Shown here piece by piece: positions 63,179 to 64,000 of a stretch of DNA of 64,000 nt. Position 1 is the first letter of the stretch; each line of letters starts with the position of its first letter. The DNA is from Rhodosorus marinus CCMP1338 (Eukaryota > Plantae > Rhodophyta), in assembly GCA_029953675.1 (NCBI GenBank), contig JAMWBK010000009.1:620001-684000 (forward strand), given 5' to 3'. Under the pieces are notes generated by a model. The model saw only the letters and a program-made list of their open reading frames with translations. It was not told the origin of the DNA and did not search any database. The translations under genes and the position numbers were made by a program.

Positions 63179-64000
63179 TACGCCAAGCATAACTCACGAC
63201 TCCCTACCAGTCCAAAGCTCCTTCTGCAATAAGCACTCAGCTGGTCCCTACGCAAACTACGCAACCCCGTTATTGTGCACTCCAGATTCGGTGTGCAGAG
63301 GGCGCCACAACGTGAAAGCTGGTCGAGATCCTTTGGCCTGGGAGTCCAGCTTGAGTGAGTCACCAGGCCCTCTGTCAAGGCATTCTCCTCTACTGCTGAG
63401 CGTGAGCTGAACTTATGGCTGTTCGGACGTGGTTTGAAGTTGGGAACCTCAGGCTCGAGGTGCTTCAAGCACCTCGGTTCCGAGCTCCCAGAATTTTTTT
63501 TTTTGGTTTTAGACTCTTCGTTAATAATATTCTGAGCTACCCGTCAACGAGTCTGTCCTGGCTCTTATGCAACGAAATTCGAAATCGAATGCTTCATCGA
63601 TGTTGCAATCCAGGGAAAGCGATATAGACATCCAACGCGTTGACGTTCTCGCTCAGGGGAGTTAGTTTCTCACCCAACTACTACCTTCACACCTATTCAC
63701 TACCTGACAATCGAGTCTGGACTCAACCTGAGCGGTTTCAAATCCAGGACAAAGTCAGCTCAAACAGCGATTGTCGTCGGCAGCTCTAGAAAGGCGCTGG
63801 CCATATCGTCGGGTAAGCCGTGCAAAAAGTCAGTATGGTTCTCATAGATACACCCAGACAAACCACCAGGCAGTGCCCGGTCGAAGATCTGCCAACATCA
63901 ACCCCCCTCACCACATATCGCCATGCGATACGACGCAGTGCGCGTCCCTAACCCATCTGGAGGGGGAAGGCCCCGCGCCCGTGCCTTACACGCAGTAGAG

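Noticed and set aside
63630-64000. Possible terminal exon(s) of a minus-strand gene at the window edge
   Set aside because: An acceptor-like ttggcag precedes IFDRALPGG..., but phase and identity cannot be established.

Overview
This is gene-dense nuclear DNA of a red alga. The evidence is a nucleus-encoded phycobilisome rod linker with an MAFV-type transit peptide and short GT-AG spliceosomal introns; the organism is inferred, not identified. Housekeeping genes: flavin amine oxidase (partial), eIF5A, RPS18, a mitochondrial carrier, a CaMKK-like kinase, a DEAD-box helicase, an alpha/beta hydrolase, aminopeptidase N, an Mpv17/PMP22 protein, an isoaspartyl peptidase/asparaginase and a TBC Rab-GAP. 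A retrotransposon-debris zone runs from about 46.3 to 60 kb (copia and gypsy remnants, a two-copy MITE, an ~830-bp fold-back). Three things stand out. (1) A nuclear gene interrupted by spliceosomal introns encodes a group II intron maturase with a degenerate RT active site and a mitochondrial-type presequence (~50.9-54.5 kb). (2) A tandem array of four secreted TIMP-like plus pacifastin-like protease-inhibitor fusion genes, one pseudogenised, spans 17.9-27.9 kb. (3) Most long intergenic gaps contain a C/A-rich -> AT-rich -> G/T-rich skew-switch module regardless of the orientation of flanking genes. Exon-intron structures were read by eye and some gene ends are approximate.
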